Under the pieces are notes generated by a model. It had not been told where the DNA came from, did no database searches, and was given only the letters and a program-made list of their open reading frames with translations. A stretch of DNA of 64,000 nt. Source: an uncultured Candidatus Micrarchaeota archaeon. GTDB lineage: Archaea; Micrarchaeota; Micrarchaeia; Anstonellales; Bilamarchaeaceae. Shown piece after piece: positions 49,270 through 59,227 of this stretch. The stretch covers positions 224,001-288,000 of the forward strand of contig OY970229.1 of assembly GCA_963714085.1 (NCBI GenBank), read 5' to 3'. Positions within the stretch are counted from its first letter, which is position 1. Every line of letters starts with the position of its first letter. A program made the position numbers and the translations under genes.

Positions 49270-49323
49270 GTAACGCGCCTCTGGAATGGTTGGAACCAAA
49301 AAGTATAAATTGTTTGCGAAACG

Positions 49324-50094
49324 CTACAGCTCCGGCGCCTTCTTTATCGCGCGCACTATGTTCCTCGCGGCCTCGGCTATGTTCAGGACCCCTTTCTTCA
49401 GGTACCACTTGCGCCGCTCCGCCATGAGCTCGAGCAGGCCCTCGGGCGTCGTGCCATCGGTTATCTTGAAGTCGTACTCCTCTTCCATCCACGCCCTGAG
49501 CACCGGGCTGGCGAGTATCTTCGCAGCTATGACGTACGCGTACGCCTCCTCGTCCCCGTGCACGTTCACCGCGCCCTTTATCACCAGGGACTGCCGCTCC
49601 TCCTTCTCAGGGAACACCCCGCGGTAATCCGTTATGGTGAGTTCCTCATTCATGCGGATCCACTGGACGTCCCTGGTAGTGCCCGCGATCGGCGAGACCC
49701 GCGCAGCGTGCCTTCCCGAGAGCGAGTTTATCAGCGTGCTTTTGCCTATGTTCGGGTAGCCCAGGAGCAGCGCGCGCGCCGGGCGTTTTTTCGTCCTCGA
49801 GAGGATGGCCTCCAGCAGCGCCCTCTTGTCCTCCGGCACGGCGCTCTTGGCGCTTATCACGAACAGGCGGTCCGCGGTCTTCACCTTCGCGCCCTCCGGA
49901 AGAAGGTCCGCCTTGTTCGCGACTATGAGCAGCCGCGCGCTGCCGATCCATTTCTCGGTGAAGCGCAACCGGGTGCCCTCCACGTCGCGCGCGTCCACGA
50001 TCTCCACTATGACGTCAGCCTCGTGTATGAGCTTCCTGAGCGATGCCCACCTGTCGCGGGGACGATGGGCGCGGGCCCCCTTTGTATTGCGCAT
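49324..50094 (-). CDS. RbgA/YlqF circularly permuted ribosome biogenesis GTPase
   Basis: DAR, NKAD, then GYPNIGKSTLIN, GTT, DYRG. Confidence 0.9.
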   Translation of the reverse strand: MRNTKGARAHRPRDRWASLRKLIHEADVIVEIVDARDVEGTRLRFTEKWIGSARLLIVANKADLLPEGAKVKTADRLFVISAKSAVPEDKRALLEAILSRTKKRPARALLLGYPNIGKSTLINSLSGRHAARVSPIAGTTRDVQWIRMNEELTITDYRGVFPEKEERQSLVIKGAVNVHGDEEAYAYVIAAKILASPVLRAWMEEEYDFKITDGTTPEGLLELMAERRKWYLKKGVLNIAEAARNIVRAIKKAPEL

Positions 50095-50130
50095 GGGTTG
50101 GTATTGTGCGGACGGGGTTATTAATTGACT

Positions 50131-50880
50131 TCATCCCACCCGCTTGGAGATCGACCAGAGGTGCTCGAAGTATTTCGTAAAGGACTCACGAACAAATTTG
50201 TCTTCCATAACGGTGGCGACTGGCGGGTCGCTGTACACCATGATGGCGACCTTGTCCGAGTAGACCAGGATCTCGGTGACCAGGTTCGAGGCAGAAGGGA
50301 GAAGGCGAAGCTGCGTACGCTTCGGGCTCGCGATGGGAAGGGACTCGATCCTGAAATCGCTGTTGAGCAGGAGCCTCTCCCTTACTTTTTTCCTCTTGAT
50401 CTGCATTATGAAATTCTTCCAGAATTCCGTCCCCATGATCTCCGTGGACGCGTTTGACACGCCCATGGCGAAATAATCGCCGGAGCTTATCACCTCGCGC
50501 AGCAGCCCCTTGAACGCCTTCGTGCCGCGGTATATCGTGGCGGACTGCCTCTGCCTGGATTTGGCGAGTTCCGCGGATATCTGCGGCGCCAGGACCGATA
50601 CGACTTTCTTCCGGCTCTCTAATTCGTTGGATTCACGCTCCAGCATCGCAGCAAGGGCCTCGGGAGGCGCGATTGCGAACCTGCGCTTCCCCTCCTCGTT
50701 TATGTAGGTGACGAGCCCGCGCTCGACCAGCTTGTCGAGGTTATCATAGATTATGTTGCGGTGGAAGCCGGTTATCCTCACCAGCTCGCTGGCTATCGCG
50801 GGGCCGTTCTTCAGCAGGGCCAGGAACACCTTCGCCTCGTTGCGGTTCAGGCCTATCCTCTCCAGGTCGGACGAGTCCAT
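50131..50880 (-). CDS. TrmB-family transcriptional regulator
   Basis: GLNRNEAKVFLALL..IYDNLDKLVERGLV; C-terminal YSDKVAI..FEHLW. Confidence 0.9.
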   Translation of the reverse strand: MDSSDLERIGLNRNEAKVFLALLKNGPAIASELVRITGFHRNIIYDNLDKLVERGLVTYINEEGKRRFAIAPPEALAAMLERESNELESRKKVVSVLAPQISAELAKSRQRQSATIYRGTKAFKGLLREVISSGDYFAMGVSNASTEIMGTEFWKNFIMQIKRKKVRERLLLNSDFRIESLPIASPKRTQLRLLPSASNLVTEILVYSDKVAIMVYSDPPVATVMEDKFVRESFTKYFEHLWSISKRVG

Positions 50881-50969
50881 GGGTATGGAATGGAACGAAG
50901 GGGTTTTAATTGCTGTCATAGGTTATTGCGACAGAATAATAAATAGCAAGTGATAGAACATAGAACAGC

Positions 50970-52340
50970 ATGAGTGATGATGGAAACAACGGCCCGCGAG
51001 TTTTCATAGCCACATCCATTACCGACAAGATAGGAAAGGAGAAAGAGATCGAGCGCCTGCGGCAGATAGTTGAGATCATAGCCGACGTGGTCGAACGTCA
51101 CGGCGGCAGCACGCAGTGCGCTTTCAGGGAGGAGAACTGGCAGGATGAGAAACAGCCAGAGGTGTACGTGCGCCGGGATTTCAAGTGGTGCAGGGACTGC
51201 GATGGCGCAATTATCATAGCTGAGGATTCCCACGGTGTGCGGATAGAAGAGGGATGGCTTTCCGCGATGGAGAAGCCCATGCTTAGGCTGTTCGAAGGAA
51301 CTGCGAGCTTCCGCAGTGGGCTGGACCAACACTTGGGGATGCTGACTCCGGTCAGCGAGCTGGCATTCGATTGCTTGTCCGAACTCGAAACAGGGGTGGG
51401 GAAATTTGTCGGAACATTGACAGCCGGGCATAAACCGCATGCAGACCAGGTGATAGCCAGCGGCCTGGAGGACGCGTTCCATTCCCTGCTGGAAAGATTC
51501 GAGCACGGAGATGACGTGCGGGAGGCCGCGCCGCGGGGGCAGAGGAGCAAGGACCTGTTCAACTGCCAGGTGCTCATCGAGAATCCGCGGGACAGGCTCA
51601 TATTCAATCCGATAAGGAGAATCAACCTCGCTGCGATAATCGGGGAGACGCTCTGGTACCTGAGAGGGAGCGACTCCTTGGCAGAGATCGCTTATTACGT
51701 GCCGCAGATGGAGAGGTTCAGCGACGACGGGGCCACGATAAACAGCGCCTATGGCAAGCGGCTCGTGCACATGAAGGGGATAGTGGAACAGCTGCGCCTG
51801 GACCCGGACACGAAACGTGCGTATCATCCCATCCTCTTTCCCCACGACCTGGAGACGCTCCCGGATACGAAGGATTTCCCATGCAACCTCGGCGTGCAGT
51901 GGCTCAATCACGGGAACGGGCTCGATATGATAGGATACATGCGGTCATCCGACGTCTTCTGGGGCCTGCAGCACAACGTTTTCTTCTTCACGTTCCTGCA
52001 GGAGATGATGGCGCTTGAGACCGGCCTGCAGCTCGGGAGCTACCGGCACGTGGCTGGAGTGTTCAACATCTATGAGAGGCATTACGGGAAGGCAGAAAGG
52101 ATACGGCACGGCCCCAAAGAGGCCAGCACACCGATGTGCGCGCTCAGGAGCCTGGACGAATTGGAGGAACTGAAGCGGCAGGAGCCGCTCATCCGCAGCG
52201 GGAACGTCAAAACCCGGGAACTCGAGGATGGATTGCTGGAGGATTTCCGGCTCGTGCTGCTTCATAAACGGACAAAGGATGAAGGATACCTCCGGGCGCT
52301 TTCCACAAAGGCCATGAAAAGGATGGCGGTGGGACGATGA
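50970..52340 (+). CDS. Fusion of a MilB/DNPH1-like nucleotide N-hydrolase and a thymidylate synthase/hydroxymethylase-fold domain
   Basis: N-terminal VFIATSI..AFREENW..RRDF..SHGVRIEEGWLSAMEKP; C-terminal ETLWYL, SAYGKR, DFPC, MRSSD..HN, NIYERH. Confidence 0.8.
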   Translation: MSDDGNNGPRVFIATSITDKIGKEKEIERLRQIVEIIADVVERHGGSTQCAFREENWQDEKQPEVYVRRDFKWCRDCDGAIIIAEDSHGVRIEEGWLSAMEKPMLRLFEGTASFRSGLDQHLGMLTPVSELAFDCLSELETGVGKFVGTLTAGHKPHADQVIASGLEDAFHSLLERFEHGDDVREAAPRGQRSKDLFNCQVLIENPRDRLIFNPIRRINLAAIIGETLWYLRGSDSLAEIAYYVPQMERFSDDGATINSAYGKRLVHMKGIVEQLRLDPDTKRAYHPILFPHDLETLPDTKDFPCNLGVQWLNHGNGLDMIGYMRSSDVFWGLQHNVFFFTFLQEMMALETGLQLGSYRHVAGVFNIYERHYGKAERIRHGPKEASTPMCALRSLDELEELKRQEPLIRSGNVKTRELEDGLLEDFRLVLLHKRTKDEGYLRALSTKAMKRMAVGR

Positions 52341-53044
52341 GCGTGTTCAGGAGCAGGGAGTTCGCCCTGCGATGGCGGGAGCACGTTCAAGGCGCTGGCA
52401 GCATGATCAGGGCGAAACTCCTCAATCCCAGGCTGGAGGGCCTCATAGGGGGTATAAAGGGCAAGAACGTCCTGGACATCGGGTGCGGCGAGGGATTTTC
52501 TACAAAGCTCCTTGCCAACAAAGGAGCGAAAAGCGTTATCGGTGCGGACGTGAACCCGCATTCTGTCGGATTCGCCGCTCGGGACGTCAGGGAAGCGGTT
52601 TTCCTGGCCGCCAGCGTGGACAGGCTGCCGTTCCCGGATTCCAGCTTCGACCTCGCCTTGTGCTGCAACGTGCTGGTGAACTGCTCGGACGACGAAGTCA
52701 AGGGCGGGGTTAGCGAATTGCGCAGGGTGCTGGTCCCGGACGGCAAAGCCATCGTATCGATAATGCACCCGCTCTACTCGCTGTTCGGCAATGGGATGGG
52801 CGAAGAGGCGGAAAAAGCGAGGCGTTACCAGTTCAACGAGAAGATTTTAGTAGATACGATAGACGGGTTCAAGGATTTCTTCGATTACCGGAGGCCGCTT
52901 TGCTATTATGCCAACGCGTTCACCGATGGCGGCTTCCGCATACGTTCCTTCGACGAGGTGTTCGTTTCCGAATTCGACGGGATCGACGATAAGCACTGGA
53001 AGCGTATCGGGCTGCCGATATTCGCGGTGTTCGGATTGGGCTGA
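52337..53044 (+). CDS. Class I SAM-dependent methyltransferase
   Basis: VLDIGCGEG, LPFPDSSFD, RVLVPDG, HP; ATGA overlap. Confidence 0.92.
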   Translation: MSVFRSREFALRWREHVQGAGSMIRAKLLNPRLEGLIGGIKGKNVLDIGCGEGFSTKLLANKGAKSVIGADVNPHSVGFAARDVREAVFLAASVDRLPFPDSSFDLALCCNVLVNCSDDEVKGGVSELRRVLVPDGKAIVSIMHPLYSLFGNGMGEEAEKARRYQFNEKILVDTIDGFKDFFDYRRPLCYYANAFTDGGFRIRSFDEVFVSEFDGIDDKHWKRIGLPIFAVFGLG

Positions 53045-53045
53045 T

Positions 53046-53855
53046 TCAGCCCGCTCCGAGCAGCCCTGCCGCGATCATGATGATGCCGAGCAGGAACACG
53101 ATATAGGCCAGGTTTATCTTCTTCACCGCCTTCAGGATGATGTCCAATGCGAGATAGCCGAAGACGAAGCTCGAGAGCGCGAGCAGGATGCCGTCCACAA
53201 CGGGGAACGAGGCGATGCTGCCGCTGATGTAGAAGACCATCTCGGCGAGGACCACCGTGGGTATGCTGAGCAGGAAGCTCAGGTCGAAGCTGCTCTCGCT
53301 GTCGAAGCCGCGCCATATCAGGCCAGTGGTGCTCGTCCCTGCGCGGGAGACGCCCGGGAGTATGCTCAGCCCCTGGAGCAGGCCTGTGAAGATTCCGTCC
53401 TTCCAGTCCGCGCTCTCCGCCTTGCGCATGGCAGCGCCTTTCTGCCTGAGAAGCAGGAAGCCGGTCACGAGCAGGCCGAGGCCCATGATTGCGAAAAGCA
53501 GTCCTCCGTTGATGGACGGAAGGAATTTCTTCTCGATGAGCAGCAATGGCAATCCGACTATGCCGGTCCCGAGCAAAGCTGCGACTATGAAGCCTATTTT
53601 CCCGTCGGCGTGCGTCTTGAAGTCGAGGGGCTGCTTCAGGAACGCGGATAAGAGGCTCATTATCTCCTTGCGGAAATAGATTATCGCGGCAAGCACGGTC
53701 CCGATGTGCAGGTAGAGAAGGATCGCGATTACCGAGGACGGGTCGCCGTGTAGGAACTTCAGGTAGACGAAGGTGTCCTGGGTCTTGGAGCTGACCGGTA
53801 TCCATTCGGTTATCCCCTGCACCAGGCCCAGTATTATTATTGAGAGAATGTCCAT
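53046..53855 (-). CDS. uppP: Undecaprenyl-diphosphate phosphatase (BacA family)
   Basis: QGITEWIPVSS, LHIGT, PGVSRAG, SFLLSIP. Confidence 0.92.
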   Translation of the reverse strand: MDILSIIILGLVQGITEWIPVSSKTQDTFVYLKFLHGDPSSVIAILLYLHIGTVLAAIIYFRKEIMSLLSAFLKQPLDFKTHADGKIGFIVAALLGTGIVGLPLLLIEKKFLPSINGGLLFAIMGLGLLVTGFLLLRQKGAAMRKAESADWKDGIFTGLLQGLSILPGVSRAGTSTTGLIWRGFDSESSFDLSFLLSIPTVVLAEMVFYISGSIASFPVVDGILLALSSFVFGYLALDIILKAVKKINLAYIVFLLGIIMIAAGLLGAG

Positions 53856-53864
53856 TGCTACTGG

Positions 53865-55163
53865 TTACACCCGCGGTTTTTTTAAATGGTGGGCAGCTTC
53901 TTTTCGAACAGGTTGACTATGGATTGTATCCATTCTCTTGATTGAATCGATATCTAAAGAAAGTAAGGTCCTCAGATTTAAGGGGCGATAACCAATCAAC
54001 TCGATACTAACATTTATGGTCCGTTTATCCCCGTTTATGAACGGATAATCACGAATATCATTGTTGTGCTTATGGCCATGAATTATCCAACCGTCCCACC
54101 TGATGGGTATTTTGTTTGGATCGTGAATAAGAAGGAAATCGTGCCCGCCAAAATTGAGTATTTTATACTCTTTTTTATTGGGTAGACCAGCGTCATGGTT
54201 TCCACCAATATAAACGATTTTTCCGTTAAGTTGTCTGGTCCAATATGAATGCGAATGGGAACTCTTGCCATAAACCAGGTCTCCCAGGAAATACACTGTA
54301 TCACCGCTGTCGATTGTGTTATTCCAGTTATTGATGAGTACTCGGTTCATTTCTTCGGTATCTTTAGATAAAAAGGGACGGTAACAGTAGCGGATTATGT
54401 TCGTATGGTCAAGATGAAGGTCGGATACTATGAACGGATCATCGTGGGATAGTTTTGGTTTGTTTGTAAGTTCGGTCCCGGTCTTAAACCTTAGAAGCGC
54501 TAATGTTCGTTTCATCTGTCTTGAGCTTAATGCTTCTTCACGGCTCAGGAAACGTTTTTGCAAAAGGTCATACTCGAAGACTATCTTGCTTCGGTCGTTC
54601 AACAATGTTATCCTAGTGCCAAATCCGAGTAGATACGGGATTACTTTATTGTAGCGTTTCTTTCCGGTAAATAGCGATAAAACAGAATCGAGTATACCTT
54701 TATCGTCTTTGTTTAAGTAGTTCCAGATGAGAGTATAGCTTTTGTCGGATAGATGATTTCCGATAGTGATATGGAACCATGCTTCACCTTTCCTGTCGAA
54801 AGACTTTGTTTGAGGGGTTATTCTTAGCAACTTTGCCGTTATCTCCTTCTTGAATTTCAGTAGGGAATCCGAAGGGCGGACTTTGAATGCGATTACTTTT
54901 CCTCTCCCATCGGCGTTGTTTTTCCATTCATAACCGTCTACAGTGAATTCGAATGAATCGTACTTTTTTGCAGTTTCTTCTATGCAGTCTCTCAATTGGG
55001 ACAACCGAGTATTTCCAAGATTGAAAGTACCGTATAGAGTGAAATGAGGAACAGTATGAGTAAGTTTAAGGTGGCCTGCTTTCTTTGCATTGATGATAAT
55101 TTGGCGTAGTTTGAACTTCTCGGGACCCATTCGAATTTCTAATAGCACAATAAGATTCCTCAA
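53865..55163 (-). CDS. 2H phosphoesterase (LigT-like) fused to a calcineurin-like metallophosphoesterase
   Basis: PHFTL and FHITI; SDLHLDH, LGD, GNHD, HGHKH; AT-rich. Confidence 0.85.
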   Translation of the reverse strand: MRNLIVLLEIRMGPEKFKLRQIIINAKKAGHLKLTHTVPHFTLYGTFNLGNTRLSQLRDCIEETAKKYDSFEFTVDGYEWKNNADGRGKVIAFKVRPSDSLLKFKKEITAKLLRITPQTKSFDRKGEAWFHITIGNHLSDKSYTLIWNYLNKDDKGILDSVLSLFTGKKRYNKVIPYLLGFGTRITLLNDRSKIVFEYDLLQKRFLSREEALSSRQMKRTLALLRFKTGTELTNKPKLSHDDPFIVSDLHLDHTNIIRYCYRPFLSKDTEEMNRVLINNWNNTIDSGDTVYFLGDLVYGKSSHSHSYWTRQLNGKIVYIGGNHDAGLPNKKEYKILNFGGHDFLLIHDPNKIPIRWDGWIIHGHKHNNDIRDYPFINGDKRTINVSIELIGYRPLNLRTLLSLDIDSIKRMDTIHSQPVRKEAAHHLKKPRV

Positions 55164-55344
55164 TCTCAGTTAATAAAATTACCCTTGGAAGTTCAGCATT
55201 CTATGAGTTCAAATTTGGGTCCGTCATACCAGCATAACAGAATCGTTATTTCCGTATTTTTAGAGAGTTTTTGGAATGCCGGGAGATATGAGGTCTACGA
55301 TATACCGTACACCCAACCGGCAGGTAGACTTTTTGCATCCACTT

Positions 55345-56019
55345 TCAGCTTCTCCTCTTGCCCATCAGCTTCAGCAGGTCCAGGAAGAGGTTCACGAAAT
55401 CCAGGTAGAGTGTGAGCGCCGCCAGCACTTCCTTTTTAGTCTCCTCTTCCGTGCCTTCCTCGTCCGGGAGCATCATCGCCTTGATCTTCTGCGTGTCGTA
55501 GGCCGCTAGGCCGGAGAAGACCACGACCCCGATTATGCTGACGATGAAATCAAGGGACGAGCTGTGGAGGAACAGGTTCGCCACAGATGCGATGACGATG
55601 CCGAAAAGCCCCATTATCAGGATGTGCCCCACGTTGGTGAGGTCGGTCTTCGTGAAATAGCCGAAAACGCTCATGAATGCGAACATCGCGGCGGCTATGA
55701 AGAAGACCATGCCGATGGACCCGAGCGTATAGACGAGGAATATCACGGAAAGCGTCAGGCCTGTGATGAAGCAGTAGAAGACGAAGACGAGCTCGCCCAG
55801 GAAGGCCGGGATGCGCTCGATGAACAGGACCAGCCCGCCCACGACCAGGATCTGGAAGATGAGCAGGCCGAAAAAGACCAGGCTGTTCCCTACGATGAGG
55901 TCGGACAGGCCCGGTTCGATTGAAACCACGTAGGCGGTCAGCCCCGAGACCACCAGTCCCAGGAACATCCAGAAATAGACCTTCTGGATGTACGTGTTCG
56001 TCTCTTGGACCGTATTCAT
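55345..56019 (-). CDS. Bax inhibitor-1/YccA family membrane protein
   Basis: KVYFWM, AYDTQKIK, ALTLYLDFVNLF. Confidence 0.93.
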   Translation of the reverse strand: MNTVQETNTYIQKVYFWMFLGLVVSGLTAYVVSIEPGLSDLIVGNSLVFFGLLIFQILVVGGLVLFIERIPAFLGELVFVFYCFITGLTLSVIFLVYTLGSIGMVFFIAAAMFAFMSVFGYFTKTDLTNVGHILIMGLFGIVIASVANLFLHSSSLDFIVSIIGVVVFSGLAAYDTQKIKAMMLPDEEGTEEETKKEVLAALTLYLDFVNLFLDLLKLMGKRRS

Positions 56020-56141
56020 GAGCGGACATATACGGCAAAGACGATTTAATCATATCAGTTCAGGGAATCCTCAGGCGCCATGGGACGGCCTTTCATCAGA
56101 TTTATAAGTTATAAGCACGTCATCTGATGCAAGGTGGAATA

Positions 56142-57560
56142 ATGTCCGAAGACAAGCTGCTGAAGACTCTTAACCCGCATCAGAGGGCGTACGTGGATCT
56201 GGACCTCGCCAACCCGGCGAACGGGGAATACATGCTCGGCGCGTTCCGTCTCGTCCCTGCGGACGGGTGCAACGTGCTCCAGGCGGCCTGCGAGGTCGCC
56301 GCGGAATCGTCCACCGGGACCAATTTCCTGGTGAAGACCGAGACCCCGTTCTCCAAGCGGATGAACGCGCTGGTCTACAAGGTGGATTATGCGAAGAAGC
56401 TGGTATTCATCGCCTATCCGTGGAGGCTTTTCGACAGGCACGGGAACGTCCAGAACATACTGACGTACATCGTCGGGAACGTGCTCGGGATGAAGCAGGT
56501 CTCTGAGCTGAAGCTCATCGACGTCTGGTTCCCGCCGTCCATGCTCGAGCAGTACGACGGGCCGAGCTACACCCTGGACGACATGAGGGCGTACCTGAAC
56601 GCCTACGGAAGGCCGATCCTCGGCACCATAGTGAAGCCCAAGATGGGGCTCACGTCCGCGGAATACGCCGAGGTCTGCTACGACTTCTGGGTCGGCGGTG
56701 GCGACTTCGTGAAGAACGACGAGCCGCAGGCTGACCAGGACTTCTGCCCCTATGACAAGATGGTGAGGCACGTGAAGAAGGCCATGGACGCGGCCGTGAA
56801 GAAGACAGGGAAGAAGAAGGTCCACTCGTTCAACGTGTCCGCGGCGGACTTCGACATCATGATATCCAGGTGCGAGATGATACGCAATGCCGGGTTCGAG
56901 CCAGGGAGCTACGCCTTCCTCATAGACGGCCTGACCGCGGGCTGGATGGCGGTGCAGACCCTGAGGAGGAGGTATCCGGACGTGTTCATACACTTCCACC
57001 GCGCGGGCCATGGCGCCTTCACGAGGCCGGAGAACCCGATAGGCTTCTCCGTGCTGGTGCTCTCCAAATTCGCAAGATTGGCCGGCGCCTCCGGCGTGCA
57101 CACCGGCACGGCCGGGGTCGGGAAGATGGCCGGGAGCCCGGAGGAGGACATAATCTCCGCGCACAACATCCTGCGCTTCAAGGAGATGGGGCACATCTTC
57201 GAGCAGAGCTGGGCCACGATACCGGATAATAACAGGTACGCGCAGGAGCTAGTGCGCAACGACCTTGCGCACAAGGTCATACTCAAGGAGGACGACTGGC
57301 GCGGCATAAAGAAATGCTGCCCCATAGTGTCCGGCGGCCTCAACCCGACGCTCCTGGCCGAGTTCATAGACCTCATGGGGGGCGTGGACTTCATAACCAC
57401 CATGGGCGCGGGCTGCAACGCGCATCCGGAAGGAACGCAGGCCGGTGCGACCGCGCTGGTCCAGGCGTGCGAGGCTTATTCCAAAGGCATAGACATCAGG
57501 AAATACGCCAAGAACCATAAGGAGCTGGCGGAAGCGATAGAGTTCTTCTCGAAGAAGTAG
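56142..57560 (+). CDS. rbcL: RuBisCO large subunit, form II/III
   Basis: AAESSTGT, GTIVKPKMGL, GGDFVKNDE, HFHRAGHG, GKM, SGG; insertion before DWRG. Confidence 0.95.
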   Translation: MSEDKLLKTLNPHQRAYVDLDLANPANGEYMLGAFRLVPADGCNVLQAACEVAAESSTGTNFLVKTETPFSKRMNALVYKVDYAKKLVFIAYPWRLFDRHGNVQNILTYIVGNVLGMKQVSELKLIDVWFPPSMLEQYDGPSYTLDDMRAYLNAYGRPILGTIVKPKMGLTSAEYAEVCYDFWVGGGDFVKNDEPQADQDFCPYDKMVRHVKKAMDAAVKKTGKKKVHSFNVSAADFDIMISRCEMIRNAGFEPGSYAFLIDGLTAGWMAVQTLRRRYPDVFIHFHRAGHGAFTRPENPIGFSVLVLSKFARLAGASGVHTGTAGVGKMAGSPEEDIISAHNILRFKEMGHIFEQSWATIPDNNRYAQELVRNDLAHKVILKEDDWRGIKKCCPIVSGGLNPTLLAEFIDLMGGVDFITTMGAGCNAHPEGTQAGATALVQACEAYSKGIDIRKYAKNHKELAEAIEFFSKK

Positions 57561-57586
57561 CGGCTTCGGTTAGAAGCGTCAGGCGC

Positions 57587-57775
57587 TTATCTTCGCCTCC
57601 TCTTCGCGGCCGGCTTGACCGCGATCCTTGCCTCGCGCTCCTCCATGTTGTGGTTGTCGTCAACCCCCCTGTCCTGCGTCGCCGCGAGCGCCAGATTGTC
57701 CCCGAGAAGCGAATTGTTCAGCCTTTTAGCGTCCTTGAGGCTCTCGGCCTTCCTTTTCTTGGACATGCATATCAC
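57587..57775 (-). CDS. Small basic hypothetical protein
   Basis: Short ORF with a GGTGA RBS. Confidence 0.4.
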   Translation of the reverse strand: MICMSKKRKAESLKDAKRLNNSLLGDNLALAATQDRGVDDNHNMEEREARIAVKPAAKRRRR

Positions 57776-57891
57776 CGATGGATCGAACCAGGCAAGAGTT
57801 AAGAACCGATTGCAGCGGATATCCGCGGGGCTTGCGATGAGTCGCCATATATGGCAAATAGAGAAGGATTATAAAAGGTTCCGGGCATAAC

Positions 57892-58908
57892 ATGCTTATG
57901 ACATATGAGTCAACACTAGCCCTGGCTGAGGGTTACCTCAGAAAGCACATCGTGCCAGAGGCGGAGTTCGGCCTCGCGCACACCATAGAGACGGACGACT
58001 GGATGTTCCTGGCGGACCCTCGCGTACCCGACAGGCGCATGCAGCTCACGCTCGCGCATACGGGCTCCTACAACGATTGCCTCTCCATCGCGGAGAGGCT
58101 GTACCTCGACATCAGTTCGCGCAATCCGGAACTGGGACCCGCGATGGCCATGAGCACGGGCGCCGACGTGCACAACTGGGTGCAGATACGCGACCCGGAG
58201 ACCCGCGAGATGGCGCAGATAGACGCCACGCCCTGGTTCGCGCGCCTGAACCCGGGGCACGATGGCGCTGAATGGCAGTACGAGCCGCTGCCGATGCTGG
58301 TCCAGCTGATGATGATCCCATTCAGCGTCAGGAAGACAAGGCACGACAGGTTCATCACCGTGGGGCTGGAGGGGATCCTGCCGAGGTGCAGGGACGCAGC
58401 GGAGAAGGACGGCCCCGCGGCAGGTGAGGACGGGCCGCTATTCAGCTTCATTTTCCAGATCCGGAAGGACCTAGGCTTCGGGACCAAGCCGGAACAGGCG
58501 ATGCACGTCTTCATCGACGTCCTGGATATCGACCGGCTGCACGGATCGCTCAAGTCCAAGGGGTCGATGGACGACCTGATTGCGGCCAGGGCGATAAGGG
58601 CCGGTTTCACCGCCTTCTCGGACGAGGGGACCGCGTTCCTCGCGCTTAGCAGCATGGGGGCCATGCACCAGGCGGCCGGGCAGACGCGGGATACTGAGCT
58701 TTTCGCGGAGTTCGACCGTTCTGTGCCGACCATCTTGAAATTATTGTCCGGCGCGGGCTCGCCGCTTCCCATCGCGGGGAGGCTGGACCAGGAGCTGGAC
58801 GTGGCCAACGGGAGAATCAACGCGAGCGACGGCAGGAAATACCGCGATTTCATCAGATTGCTGGACAGGAAGCTGCAGGAGCCGAGAAAGAGGATACGAA
58901 CGGGATGA
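57892..58908 (+). CDS. Hypothetical protein, possible transglutaminase/papain-like fold
   Basis: DCLSIA..HNWVQI..IDATP spacing resembles a Cys-His-Asp triad. Confidence 0.5.
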   Translation: MLMTYESTLALAEGYLRKHIVPEAEFGLAHTIETDDWMFLADPRVPDRRMQLTLAHTGSYNDCLSIAERLYLDISSRNPELGPAMAMSTGADVHNWVQIRDPETREMAQIDATPWFARLNPGHDGAEWQYEPLPMLVQLMMIPFSVRKTRHDRFITVGLEGILPRCRDAAEKDGPAAGEDGPLFSFIFQIRKDLGFGTKPEQAMHVFIDVLDIDRLHGSLKSKGSMDDLIAARAIRAGFTAFSDEGTAFLALSSMGAMHQAAGQTRDTELFAEFDRSVPTILKLLSGAGSPLPIAGRLDQELDVANGRINASDGRKYRDFIRLLDRKLQEPRKRIRTG

Positions 58909-58925
58909 TATCCCTAGCATAAAAC

Positions 58926-59030
58926 CAGATAATAAGTGCAGGGGACGAAATCTCCGGGCAGGTCTGACCTTTCCTTAGCGCTGCGATGTCAAATTTGGCA
59001 TCAAGTAAAATATAGCCCATCTGCCGGAGT
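58926..59030 (+). repeat. Diverged partial copy of the 3' half of the integrase leader (60589-60700)
   Basis: TGCAGGGGACGA, GCAGGTCTGA, TTAGCGCT, GATGTCAAATTTGGCATCA and GCCGGA shared in the same order. Confidence 0.9.
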
Positions 59031-59227
59031 TAACCGGTTGCTGCCCATATATAGCACGACCTAACAGGAGCTGGCAAAATTAATTCAAAATATTGCTAGG
59101 CAATGATAACTGAGGATTTGAGCATTGATCCTCTCTTATCGTTAATCTTCATCCTGCTAAACTGATACAGAAACCATAAAACTATAATCATTCGATTACG
59201 TTATCGTTCTATATCAGGAAAAGTAAT

